A stretch of DNA of 63,705 nt, the filler included, from Fonticula-like sp. SCN 57-25 (Eukaryota): NCBI GenBank assembly GCA_001724245.1. It is 3 parts of 3 records of this genome, joined end to end, with 100 filler letters (N's around TTAATTAATTAA, not from the genome) between each part and the next. Parts side by side here need not be neighbours in the genome. Positions count along the whole stretch, not along the records: positions 1 to 25,687 come from MEDX01000058.1; 2 more parts are not named here. One strand, 5' to 3'. A program made the translations under genes and the position numbers. The notes under the pieces are model-generated. The model worked only from the letters and a program-made list of their open reading frames with translations, was not told where the DNA came from and made no database searches. Positions 1 through 10,110 of this stretch are shown here, piece by piece. Each line of letters opens with the position of its first letter. Within the stretch, counting starts at the first letter, position 1.

Positions 1-36
1 AACCTAAACAATTACCTAAAAGCTACTAGCACTAAC

Positions 37-477
37 CTAGAATGGATATACTTGCCGCAGATGGCAGCTACTAGAACATTCGCTTGCGCATCTCTGTTGA
101 TCCTTGTCAGCTATCGATGTGGAAGAATCTGATTGGTCGATGCAAACTGACAAATCTGTCAAATCAACTGGCGGCTGTCCTATAGCCCTACACGTCCAAG
201 GAATCTTAAGAGCCTCAGCTTCACAAACCTGCAATTAAGTCAGTTCGGGTCCAGGCACAGTAGACTGGAGATACTGTACGTACGTGAGCCTCGTCGAATT
301 CTGGTTTACCTCGATCTTTTTTTTTGCCAGCCGCCACGAATGTACCTAGCGGCAATCATCTTGCACTATGTCAGCCGCATCACATTAACGCAGTCCATTC
401 TCTCCTTCCGCTTCCAGGAAAGACCACGGGACAACCACTTTCACCAACGCGGCTTCCTACCCCATCGTGATCATCAT
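37..477 (-). pseudogene. Frameshifted paralog of the ubiquitin-like-header gene at 2266-2947
   Basis: The 5' part aligns with 2947-2710. A 1-nt indel after ATGATGATCACG gives an early TGA. The same intron follows the ...EFDEAH codons (gtacgt...actgac...ttgcag). The 3' end is approximate. Confidence 0.65.
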
Positions 478-1010
478 CGTAGGAGACACCTCACGCACGC
501 ACACGCGAAAGAAAAAACGGGCGGCAAAGCGCAGCATGGCAGATTGACATTAATTGCGTTTTCCCGCGCACTTTTTCCGGATAAGGGCAAACGGGTTGCG
601 CGTTCGAATCCCGCAAACGCACGGACACTTTTGATTGGCTGGCAAATCATCTTGACGAAATCGCATGCGATTTTTTGTCCGAGGACCTCTTTTCTTCGTG
701 TGCCCACAGCTCTGTCAAATAATTTTAAAACGCAAAACCCTTGATAGGGCCAAAAGTTCTCACGGTTCTCTATGTTCTGTGAACGTTTCAAGCAACGCGC
801 AGGTAATTTGGTGAAGCGCGGGGCGCCCAAACTTTAGGTGGACAGAACGCGGGCGTTAATCCTACGTGGCAGTGCAGTACCCGCATTCTCATGCTTTCTT
901 GTTACAATTCAATTTATTTGTTAAGCAGTTGGGTTGGTTATACTGCGCCCGTTGGTATGAATACAGGTTGAACATTACAAGCAAACAAAATTAATACACA
1001 ATTATCAATA

Positions 1011-1884
1011 TTAGCGATACGAGGAATTTAAAATATACGTGTAACAACAATGAAAACAAGGTTCCAAATTCATAAAGTCTTCTTCGTCATGTATCTCATC
1101 CGCAAAAAAACATCCTTTTTCCATATGAAAAAGACTCCCCTTTTTCGTCTTGTACCATATGATTGGCTTTTCGCTCTTCCGCGATTTCCTAGCTGTTCCT
1201 TCATCAACCACGCGTCGCTCCTCAGCACCCTCGGTAAACCCGTGGGGGGACAGGCGGGAGAAACACTGCGACTCAGAAAAAGAGAGCGCGTTGTATAGCC
1301 GAGCTCCACGTTTAGAGCGATGCACGAGGCCCGCTGGCGGCGCTGGGGAATCGCACAGCAGGGCAGGCCCAACCACGCGCGAAAACGGGGACGTCGTTCC
1401 ACTGACCGTCAAGTTATTACGAGCTACAGGTTCTGAAATCTGAAGACCTCTAAAGTTATGGAGAAGTGCCCTTTCTAGTGCGGCAGTTAGCAAGGGTTAC
1501 GTATGGTCCGTTATGGACGAAAAAGAACAGGTGCCGGCCGTACCCAACCTTTCCAAATCGTAGTAATCAACTTCGACCGACAATACACCGTCTTCGTCCA
1601 TGAGGTCCTGTAGCCACTTATCCCTAGTCAACTCCGAAAGAGAGCCGGGTTTCCTTACCTGAGGTCCAAAGGTCAGTTTTAAAGTGGCCAAGGTACTGTC
1701 AGTAGATGCGCACATGGAGGTAGTTTATGTCACACCTGCCATCCTCCCAGGTACTCGATATATGCTCGACAATGTCTTGTACTGCCGAATTAGCCGGAAA
1801 ATCCTTTACACCATCCTCTTTTGAAAGGTCGGGAAACGTCCACTGGACGCGGATCATCGTTGGTGTGCCAGTCGCCGGTGTCAT
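1011..1884 (-). CDS. Ubiquitin-like N-terminal domain + linker + C-terminal small Zn-finger (H-x4-C-x17-C-x2-C); 3 exons
   Basis: Introns 1659-1713 (phase 0) and 1475-1543 (phase 1) join three ORFs into one frame: IRVQWTF..GVKDF..SAVQDIVEHI..LH|VRKPG..ELTRDKWLQDL..GVLSVEV (beta-grasp pattern), then WYKTKKGSLFHMEKGC..LEPCFHCC. Confidence 0.75.
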
Positions 1885-2265
1885 ACGTCATACACGTCGG
1901 CTGATCAAAACTGGTAATCACCTGATTGGTCCTCGTGAAATTTACAAATTAGAAGAAATTGAGTCGTGCATCCTTGCACAACCCAAACGGACGAATAATA
2001 CTGTATGCCATAAACAAATTATGATAATGCGTATGAGCGCGTCACTTGTTTGGGGAGCTGGCGTCCAGTGAGCGTTACCTGTATGTTACCACTATGAGGC
2101 CATGGGCCGAGCGGGGCCTCCCGGAGGAAAGAGAAAAGCATAATTATATTTATTATCATGGATGAAAGAGCTGGTACACTCGTGGCAGCGTTGACCTGGG
2201 GAGTCTGGAAAAACGCTTAGGATCCAAAGGACCAGCGGCTTTCATTCCGCTCGTCCTTGAGACCC

Positions 2266-2947
2266 TTAGCGGTTCTCCAGTTGCTTCAGGTATAAGTCGC
2301 CCTTGCGCGACTTATACACCTCCACAACAACGCTGGCCACAGAGATTGCCAGGCTGAGGATGCCACCTGCAACCTGCCAACCAACGGCAACCTCAAAATA
2401 AAAAAAGAAAATCGCGAGAAGGTGCAGACCGGACCTGGTCAGCCCCAGCATCGCAAAGACAATTGGAAAGCCTTCCAAATGCCTTTGGACGCCGGCGAGC
2501 CACAGGGTCGGCGCCATCAGCCACACGCGGTAGCCGGGGAAAAGCGGGCCCTACTTTGAAGGTTAGTATGGTTACCTGGAAAGCAACAAAAAGGGTATCG
2601 CACCACACGGCAGACGTCAATGGAAAGCGCCACCTTTCCATCGTCGCCCACGAGGTTCTTGAGCGGAACCTGAAGCGGCAACTCGAAGCGAGCCCCGACT
2701 TCTCGAACCTACAATTCTAAAGTCAGATCCGGCTCTGGCACAGTGATCTGGAGATACGCACGTGAAACTCGTCAAACTCCGGTTTCTCTTGTTCAGCCGG
2801 CCAACCGACGCTACGGATGTACTTGATGACATCCTCCACCGTATCAGCGGCCTCAAACGCACGCTTACCATTACGTCCCCCTTCCGCAAAGGACCACGAG
2901 ACAGCCACTTTCACCAACGCGGCTTCCTGCCCCTCCGTGATCTTCAT
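2266..2947 (-). CDS. Ubiquitin-like N-terminal domain + C-terminal membrane-spanning region; 3 exons
   Basis: Introns 2709-2761 and 2551-2603 give MKITEGQEAALVKVAVSWSF..DTVEDVIKYI..EFH|VREVGARFELPLQVPLKNLVGDDGKVALSIDVCRV|GPLFPGYRVW.., followed by 2-3 hydrophobic segments. Confidence 0.72.
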
Positions 2948-3484
2948 CGTAGGAACACCTCACGCAAGCACACACGAAAGGCTGAAAGCAAAATGGCGGC
3001 AAAGCGTAATGCGGCAGATTGTCATTTATTGCGTTTTCCCGCGCACTTTTTACCGATTAGGGCAAACGGGTTGCGCGTCAAACGCACGGACACTTTTGAT
3101 TGGCTGGCAAATCATCTTGACGAAATCGCATGCGATTTTTCGTCCGAGGACCTCTTTTCTTCGTGTGCCCACAGCTCTATCAAATAATTTACAAACGCAA
3201 AACCCTTGATAGGGCCAAAAGTTCTCATGGTACTCTATGTCCTGTACACGTTTCAAGCAGCGCGCAGGTAACTTGGTGAAGCGCGGGGCGCTCAAACTTT
3301 AAGTGGAGGACGCTACGTGGAATTGCAGTACATTGTGCAGTACAATCGTGCAGTACCCGCATTCTCATGCTTTTTCGTTACAATTCCTCAATTTATTTGT
3401 TAAGCAGTTGGGTTGGTTATACTGCGCCCATTGGTATGAATGCACGTTGAACATTACAAGCAAACAAATACACATTTGTCGATA

Positions 3485-4333
3485 TTAACGATACGAAGAC
3501 GATAAAATATACCAATAACAACAACGAAGACAAGGTTTTAAATTCATAAAGTCTTCTTCGTCATGTATCTCATCTGCAAGATAACATCCCTTTTCCATAT
3601 GAAAGAGACCCCCCTTCTTCGTCTTGTACCATATGATCGGTTTTTCGCTCTTCCCCGCTTTCCTACTAGTTGTTCCTTCATCAGCCACGTTTCGCTCCTT
3701 ATGAGAACTCTCTGAAAACTCGTGGGGTGGCAGGCGAGAAAAACAATGTGACTCAGAAAATGGGAGCGCATAGTATTGCCGAGCTCCACGTCCAGAGCGG
3801 CGCACGAGACCCGCGGGCGGCGCTGGAGAATCATACTGTTGGGCAGGCCCAAGCATGCGAGACAACGGGGACGTCGTTCCACTGACCATCGGCCCCGGGT
3901 TGCTACGAGCTACAGGTTCAGAAATTTGAAGACCTCTAAAGTTATGGAAAAGTGCCCTTTCTAGTGTGTCAGTTAGCAAGGGTTACGTATGGACGAAAAA
4001 GATCAGGTGCCGGCCGTACCCAACCTTGCGAAGTCGTAGTAATCAACATCAAGCGACACTACCCCGTCGTCGTCCACGAGGTCCCGTAACAGTTTATTCC
4101 TACGCAACTCCGAGAGAGAACCGCGTTTTCTAACCTGAGGTCCAAAGGTCAGTTTTAAAGTCGCCAAGGTACTGTCAGTAGATGCGCACATGGAGGTAGT
4201 TTTTGTCACATCTGCCATCCTCCCAGGTGCTCGATAGATGCCTGAAAATGCAGTGTACTGCCGCGTCAGCCGGAAAATCCTTCACGCCGTCCTCTTTTGC
4301 AAGGTCGGGAAACGTCCAGTGGACGCGGATCAT
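3485..4333 (-). CDS. Paralog of 1011-1884: ubiquitin-like domain + Zn-finger
   Basis: Same two introns, open spliced frame MIRVHWTFPDLAKEDGVKDF..YLH|VRKRG..DFARL|ERALFHNF..WYKTKKGGLFHMEKGC..LKPCLRCC. Confidence 0.75.
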
Positions 4334-4382
4334 CGTTGGTGCGGTTACCAAAGTCGCCGTCGAGTTTTGACGAGCTACAGGT

Positions 4383-4839
4383 TTAGAAACCTCTCAAGTT
4401 CTGTACATGTGGCTTTTCTAGCGTGATAGTTAGCAAGGCTTATGAAAGGAGGAAAAGTCTAAAAAAGAACAGGTGCTGCGGTGCGGCGCTCCGGCGAGGT
4501 GCCGTACCCAACCTATCCAAATCGTAGTAATCAATTTCGAACGACAGAACACCGTCGTCGTCCACGAGGTCCCGTAGCCGCCTATTCCTAGTCAACTCCC
4601 AGAAAGAACCGGGTTTCCTGACCTGAGGTCCACCGGACCACCGTCCAATGGTCAGTTCCAAAGTGGTCGGCCGCGGTCGGTCAGTCGATGCGCACGTGAA
4701 GGTGTTTCATGTCACATCTGCCATCCTCCCAGAGGCTCGAAAGATGCTCGACAATATTATGCACCGACGCATTCGCCGGAAAATCCTTCTCGCCGTCCTT
4801 TCCCTCCCCTTTTGTGAACGTCCAGCGGACGCGGATCAT
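4383..4839 (-). CDS. Header-only ubiquitin-like paralog (about 97 aa), or the broken 5' half of a Ubl-Ubl-ZnF gene
   Basis: MIRVRWTFTKGEGKDGEKDF..HLH|VRKPG..DLDRL|EKPHVQNLRGF*. A small deletion relative to the paralogs creates a stop about 50 nt before the next header's ATG. Confidence 0.6.
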
Positions 4840-5120
4840 GTCACCATTGTTGGCGCATTCAAGAGGGTGCAGGATGGTGACTAGCCGAGCCAGCCACCTG
4901 ATTGGTCAATCCAATTTTACAAACTTTCAGCCTTCTATAAGACGATGCGGCGCGGTATTAAGCAGCAAATGAGCAGTTTGGCGAAGCGGATATGATATGT
5001 TTGTATATATTGGATAGTTTACAGTGTTACAAAGCAGAGAATGAGCAAAAAAGAAGCAAATAATGGCCGCTAAACTGAAAGATACATGAGCTAATACCAA
5101 GTCTTGAAAGAGCAAGAATG

Positions 5121-7313
5121 CTATTCAAAGGCTTGGCTCTCCATTGTGTTTGATCCGTTCCAATGCGCAACCCACGTGCCTTTAGCGCCGTCCACCTCCG
5201 CTCTCTTGGCGTGAATCAGTCGAATAAACTTTGATGCAGCCGACGCCGCTAGCTTCCTGTTACTTGCTTCCACGACTCGCAGCGGCAACAGCGAGCAGAG
5301 CGCCGCGCCATGCCAGCCAGCATTTGCAAGGGAGGCATATGCGCTACCCAAAGACTTGATCCATGCTGTAGTCTCGCCTACTGTCCATGACAAAACACTG
5401 TCTTTTGGAGGTTCAAATGCAGGGCCGTCCCCGAGCTTGTGCTGAGCAATATAGCCGCGAAGTTGCAGGGCGGCCGCGTCATTGTACGAGACGCCGCACT
5501 CCATCGCCTGATCGACATTAAAGAGCGTGAGTGATTCGCCGTCAACTTCCTCCAAATTCGAGATCAGCTTTCCCATTCCAATGTCAAAGAGCCATTCGCG
5601 GAATGTCTCGCCTTTCAGGTCGGCCAAACCGGTAACAGAGAGGCAATCCGTCAAGCTGTCAATTGACTGGGTGCACTCATGAATGATGCCCCGCAAAACT
5701 TCATGGCGCTCCATTAATTTGGAAAGGTTTTTGGTCTGTTCAACGTAGGCATTCGTTCGCAGCTTTTTGAGGTTTGCATTTTCGACCGCAACTATAAAAT
5801 GATTAGCTCTCAAGCATCGAGTATCGTTTCAAGCACGTACGCTTTGACTCGAGGTCCTTGATAGATGCCTTCAGCGCTACCTCGCGTTGCATCTCGTCGC
5901 GTAGCTTGCCATCCAGCGAGTCCAACCTGGGCTTGATATCGCCAGCTTCATTGAGCGCGTCCTCCAATCGCCCGCGAACGCTCGTGTATGAATTTGGCTT
6001 GTACGGCCGCGTTGTCCAATGGTCAATCTGGCCGTTATCAAGACCAACGAGGATGTTGCCCGAAAGTGCGTGGTAAGCGAGCGAGAATGGCTACAATCCA
6101 CCGTGTGAGCATCGCGTGGTAAGAAAGACGAAGGGTACCATTGCTGAGCATGGGTAGGTTGCAGTTTGCGCTCCGTCGCGAACGCGATATACAGCAAGAG
6201 TCGAGCTGTCAAACATTCCAACAACAATATGGGACTCGTCGCCAAGAAAGACAGCGCCAGTAAAGTCGCCGGTCTGTTGGACGGTCATGGTGGGAGAGGA
6301 AGGCCACGCTGTCCCATTGAGAGGGGCTTTCCAAATAGTGACGGTTTCGGCGCTTGTGACCACGAGCATGCGGCTCGAGGGGCTGAAGGAAATGCATTGG
6401 ATCTAGTCAAATAAGCAACTCAAATCGAAGGTGAAAAGCGCACTTTGGCAGAATGATTTTGGAGGCGAGCAAATAGAGTCCACTGTCCATTATTTGCTCT
6501 ATAAATAGAAGAATGTCCATTTTCGCACCCAGCAGCCAAGAAATGACCGTCCGGGGAAAAGGCGATGCTGCTCACCTAACAAGCACGTGAGGACAGGAGA
6601 CGCGGAGAGCAAAAAGCGTACATAATGCGGCAGCCCTGAAATTGTTTGGACGACAGCGAAATTCTTGCCAAGATCCAAAAGCGTCAATGATTGATCCGCC
6701 CCACCAATGGCGAGCACTCCATTCGGACTAAATGCAGCAGCATAAAGCTACAGAGATGGCAATTTCTTTAGCACGAGACAATAATGATTCTTGCCGCGCA
6801 CCTGTATCCCAGAGTGGTACGGCCTCGCATGCGTTTGCTTGTTTGATATTTGCTCGATGGTACCTTGGCCAGACACACCAATGGCGGTTTTCCCATCCGG
6901 CGACCAAGCGATACAATTCAACTAAAAGATCGTGTGTGAATTGAGGGCGAACACACAGATAGGCACAGCGCTCGCACAGCATAGTGGCATTGCGGGTTGT
7001 AAATAAATGCCTGAGAAGCGACATCAATGATGCCTAAAAAGCCGCTGCTGCTACCTGTGGCAACAAATTTTCCGTCAGGCGAGAGGGCAATGCAGGTGCC
7101 TTCCGCCGGTTGCTGGAGGCGTCGGGCCGGCGATACTCGTAAACCAACGCGCGCCTGGGCGGCGGCGGCCCGGAAGGAGGCGGCCCGTTTGGGCGCATGA
7201 TGATGCCCATATTGCGCCTGGTGTGCCTAGAAAAAACAGGTCAAAAACGTATGATAATAACTAATACATACATCACCATCAAAGGTCCCTTTTTTCGTCA
7301 GCGTGAACGCCAT
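5121..7313 (-). CDS. WD40 beta-propeller + coiled coil + two SAM-like domains; 8 exons
   Basis: Spliced WD motifs CIALSPDGKFVATGS, LNCIAWSPDG, LYAAAFSPNG, VSSIAFSPDGHFLAAG and IQCISFSPSS. SAM-like segments FREWLFDIGMG..EVDGESL and VLSWTVGETTAWIKSLG..GWHGAALCSL. Confidence 0.75.
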
Positions 7314-7385
7314 GACACGGGGCGTCGGTCGTGTTGCAAGTTGCCAACTCCTAGAAGGCGCCGCACCGTGACTGTGCAAAACTGT

Positions 7386-7404
7386 TCACGTGATCCTCAC
7401 GTGA
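7386..7404. promoter_or_regulatory. Double E-box CACGTG-N5-CACGTG in a roughly 120-bp bidirectional promoter
   Basis: tCACGTGatcctCACGTGa lies between the divergent ATGs at 7313 and 7433. Confidence 0.6.
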
Positions 7405-7432
7405 TCTCATTGACGTCGTACAGTTCGCAGAG

Positions 7433-8159
7433 ATGGCGGACGTTTCAGCTGCTGTTGCGAGGCTCACGGAAGCGTTCTCGGCGCCTGACGTTGCCGACGC
7501 GCTGAGCAAGCTTAAAATCGACGGTTTCATTCCCGATGTGCATCTGTGGTCTCCCGAGTACTGCTCGGGCGAGACCAAGATCGTCGGTCCGGCGCACACT
7601 ATCCAGATGGGCGTGCCTGGCTGCACCCCGCAGTACAAGGGCGCGTCGCACCATGTCGACACGGCGCCCGATGGCTCGGTCATTGTCATTGCCAGCCCTG
7701 CGGGTACGTACATGCCAGTTTTTTTTTCCCTCTCTTTTCCTTGTTTTCCCCTTGCTGATCCCGATGGTAGTCAAGGGCGCGGTCTGGGGCGGACTCATGG
7801 CGACGCGCGCGGCGACCATTGGCGTGCGCGGCGTTGTCACTGACGGCCGCTGCCGTGACCTTGGCGAGCTGCGCGAGAAGAGCTTCCCCGTCTTTGCCGC
7901 CAACATCTCGTGCCACGGAAGCGGCGGCTTTGCCGTCCCGAGCACTATCGGCGAGCCCGTCGTGCTCAATGGCGTGACCGTGCAGTCGGGCAGCATCGTG
8001 ATCGCCGACATGAACGGCGTCGTTGTGATCCCGCTCGACCGCCTGGCGGACGTCATGGCAGAGTGCGAGCGCGCAAAGCCCATCGAGGAGGCGTGCATGC
8101 GCGACCTCGAGGCGGGCAAGCCGCTCGCCGAGACCTTTAAGCTGCACCGCGGCAAGTAA
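7433..8159 (+). CDS. RraA-like / 4-hydroxy-4-methyl-2-oxoglutarate aldolase family protein
   Basis: DVADAL, GPAHT, AVWGGLMATRA..GVVTDGRCRD and IVIADMNGVVVIP motifs. One intron at about 7704-7775. Confidence 0.88.
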
Positions 8160-8679
8160 ATCGGGTCTTTATTGCTATCGCAGGATCATGTAATATCAAC
8201 GCACATAATAAAGGTCCCTGATAAGGCGCGTATCTTTTTGCTGCCGAGTAATATATTGATTGGCTCGAAACACGACCAATATTCAAAATTTTCTTTCTGC
8301 TTCCGATGCAGAAGTGAACCAGGAGTGACGATTGGCTGACCACGAGGCCACAAAAATTGGACTCTACAAGTATTGGGCGTGCTCAGGGGATTGCAGGATA
8401 GGGTTTATTAAACTGGGAATCGTTGCACAATGTATAAATAGAACAAAAATACAAACGCGGCGAGCGCGTCGGGGCTGATACAAAGAAAACGTCGTCACAT
8501 CGCAAAGCAAGCAAGGGGTACGGGCCCGTAACCGCCCCCAAGCCCACCAAAGCCCTAACAAAAAGGGGCAAAAACGAACCGGCAAAGGTCTGGGAAAACT
8601 GGAGAGCGCAAAAACCACAAAGGATATGGGAGGGGGTAAAAGTGAATAAAAACGCAGGTATAAAACTGGCAGTGCGCGT

Positions 8680-10110
8680 CTAATAGTCGCAGCGGTACAT
8701 GTACACGTGCGACGCCTCGACGTAGTAAAACACGAAAAGGGTGTAGTAGCCGCAGGCGGTCAGGATGTGCCAGACCGCGTGGCCCTGGTACCACGACTTT
8801 GGCCAGCAAAGTATGCGGTGCATATCCGTGAGCCAGATGGCGTAGGCGACAATGATGCACATGCCCGCCAAGAGGAGCAGAAAGTAGGCGTTGCGCGACT
8901 GGTTCGCGGGCTGCTGCGCCGACCACTGGCGCACGCCAATCATGACAAACTCCCACAGGAGCGCGCCGACGAGGCCAACGCCAAAGATGACCGTCGTCGG
9001 GTCGAACGGCGCCCACACGCGGATGGCAAAGCACACGAGGTACAGCACGCAAAAGGTCACCCAGAAGAAGAGCGAGCGCACGCTCTCGGGCCACGGCTTG
9101 AGCCACGGGCGCACGAGGTTGTCGCGGCGGTCGACCCACGCGCCAAAGCGACCCGGGAAGCGCGTGCGGCTGATCGCGTACGTAAAGGCAAAGAGCGCAA
9201 TGGAGAGCATGCCGGCAAAGTCGGCGTAGCCCGAGGCCTCGGTGAACCACGCGTGGAAGAGGAAAGAGCCAAAGCCGAGCTCGACACCAATGAAGGCGTA
9301 CAGCATCGGGATCGTCTTGGAGGCGCGGAACGACCAGCGCAGCTCGATGAGGTAGCGCTGGTTGTCGATGATGATCTCGTGCGCGCTCGAGGGGGCAAAG
9401 TCTCCCACGCTCACCGTGTAGTCAATGTGGCGCAGCTCGAGGTCGACATCGCGCGAGCCCTCAAACATGGGCTGCGACATGGCGCTGCCGCGCGGCGAAG
9501 GCATCGGCGAGATGGCGCGCGACGGGGGGACAGAGTCGAGCGGCATGCCAGGGGCCGAGTAGCCCTCCAACTCGAGATCAACGGTGCTGCGGTACTCGAC
9601 ATTGAGCGGCGTGCCGCAAAAAAGCGAGCGGAAAAAGACGCTCCACGAGTCGCTCTTTTGCTTCTCCTCGTCGACGCGGTCGCGGAACACGGCGCTCTGC
9701 ACCTGCTCCGTCGTGTACGCCTTCACGTTGCGCACGCCGATGAGGAAGCGGTAGTTGGCAATCGTGCAGAGGATAATGGCCGAGAAAACAATGTAGGCGA
9801 GGGATGTCCACGCGTTGATGGGCTCGAGGATGGGTCCGACCGTGTCCTTGTACTCGCAGTAGCCTCCCCATTCAGGCGCCGGGAAGCGGTATGGCGAGTA
9901 CTGCATAAAAGCGATGCCGAGTCCGATCCACAGCCCGACGGTAATCAGTGCAAATGCGATGAGCGACGCCTGAAAAGCCCGAAGCCACCACTTTCTCCGC
10001 TTGAGCACATGGATCTCACAGCGCGGCTGCTGGCTCTGGTTCTTGTCGTACATAAAACTCCCTGGGTCCGTGAACACATACTTTTCTATGTTTGACGGTA
10101 GGTCTGCCAT
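8680..10110 (-). CDS. CREST-superfamily membrane hydrolase (alkaline ceramidase-like), intronless
   Basis: YCE..EPINAWTSLAY, GFGSFLFHA (SxxxH), the conserved D in ADFAGM and GHAVWHILT (HxxxH); about 8 hydrophobic segments. Confidence 0.8.
   Translation of the reverse strand: MADLPSNIEKYVFTDPGSFMYDKNQSQQPRCEIHVLKRRKWWLRAFQASLIAFALITVGLWIGLGIAFMQYSPYRFPAPEWGGYCEYKDTVGPILEPINAWTSLAYIVFSAIILCTIANYRFLIGVRNVKAYTTEQVQSAVFRDRVDEEKQKSDSWSVFFRSLFCGTPLNVEYRSTVDLELEGYSAPGMPLDSVPPSRAISPMPSPRGSAMSQPMFEGSRDVDLELRHIDYTVSVGDFAPSSAHEIIIDNQRYLIELRWSFRASKTIPMLYAFIGVELGFGSFLFHAWFTEASGYADFAGMLSIALFAFTYAISRTRFPGRFGAWVDRRDNLVRPWLKPWPESVRSLFFWVTFCVLYLVCFAIRVWAPFDPTTVIFGVGLVGALLWEFVMIGVRQWSAQQPANQSRNAYFLLLLAGMCIIVAYAIWLTDMHRILCWPKSWYQGHAVWHILTACGYYTLFVFYYVEASHVYMYRCDY

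Larger units (their letters stand above)
250..4340. repeat. Tandem segmental duplication: about 250-1870 versus about 2710-4340 (offset about 2.46 kb), plus a third header copy at about 4350-4840
   Basis: Long near-identical blocks, for example the non-coding 540-1000 versus 3016-3470 and the coding 1011-1870 versus 3485-4340. Confidence 0.92.

Noticed and set aside
340-744. Duplicated plus-strand ORFs 340-744 and 2762-3209
   Set aside because: They are antisense to the Ubl-header genes and their promoter, and the frame is not conserved between the duplicates.
1497-1884. Apparent programmed frameshifts or stop read-through between adjacent ORFs here and throughout the window
   Set aside because: They are resolved by short GT-AG introns with branch points. 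There is no evidence of recoding or an alternative genetic code.
8707-10095. Long antisense ORFs (8707-10095, 12127-13107, 53945-54841, 55103-55849, 61830-62600 and others)
   Set aside because: These are shadows of GC3-rich real genes on the opposite strand and have no recognisable motifs.
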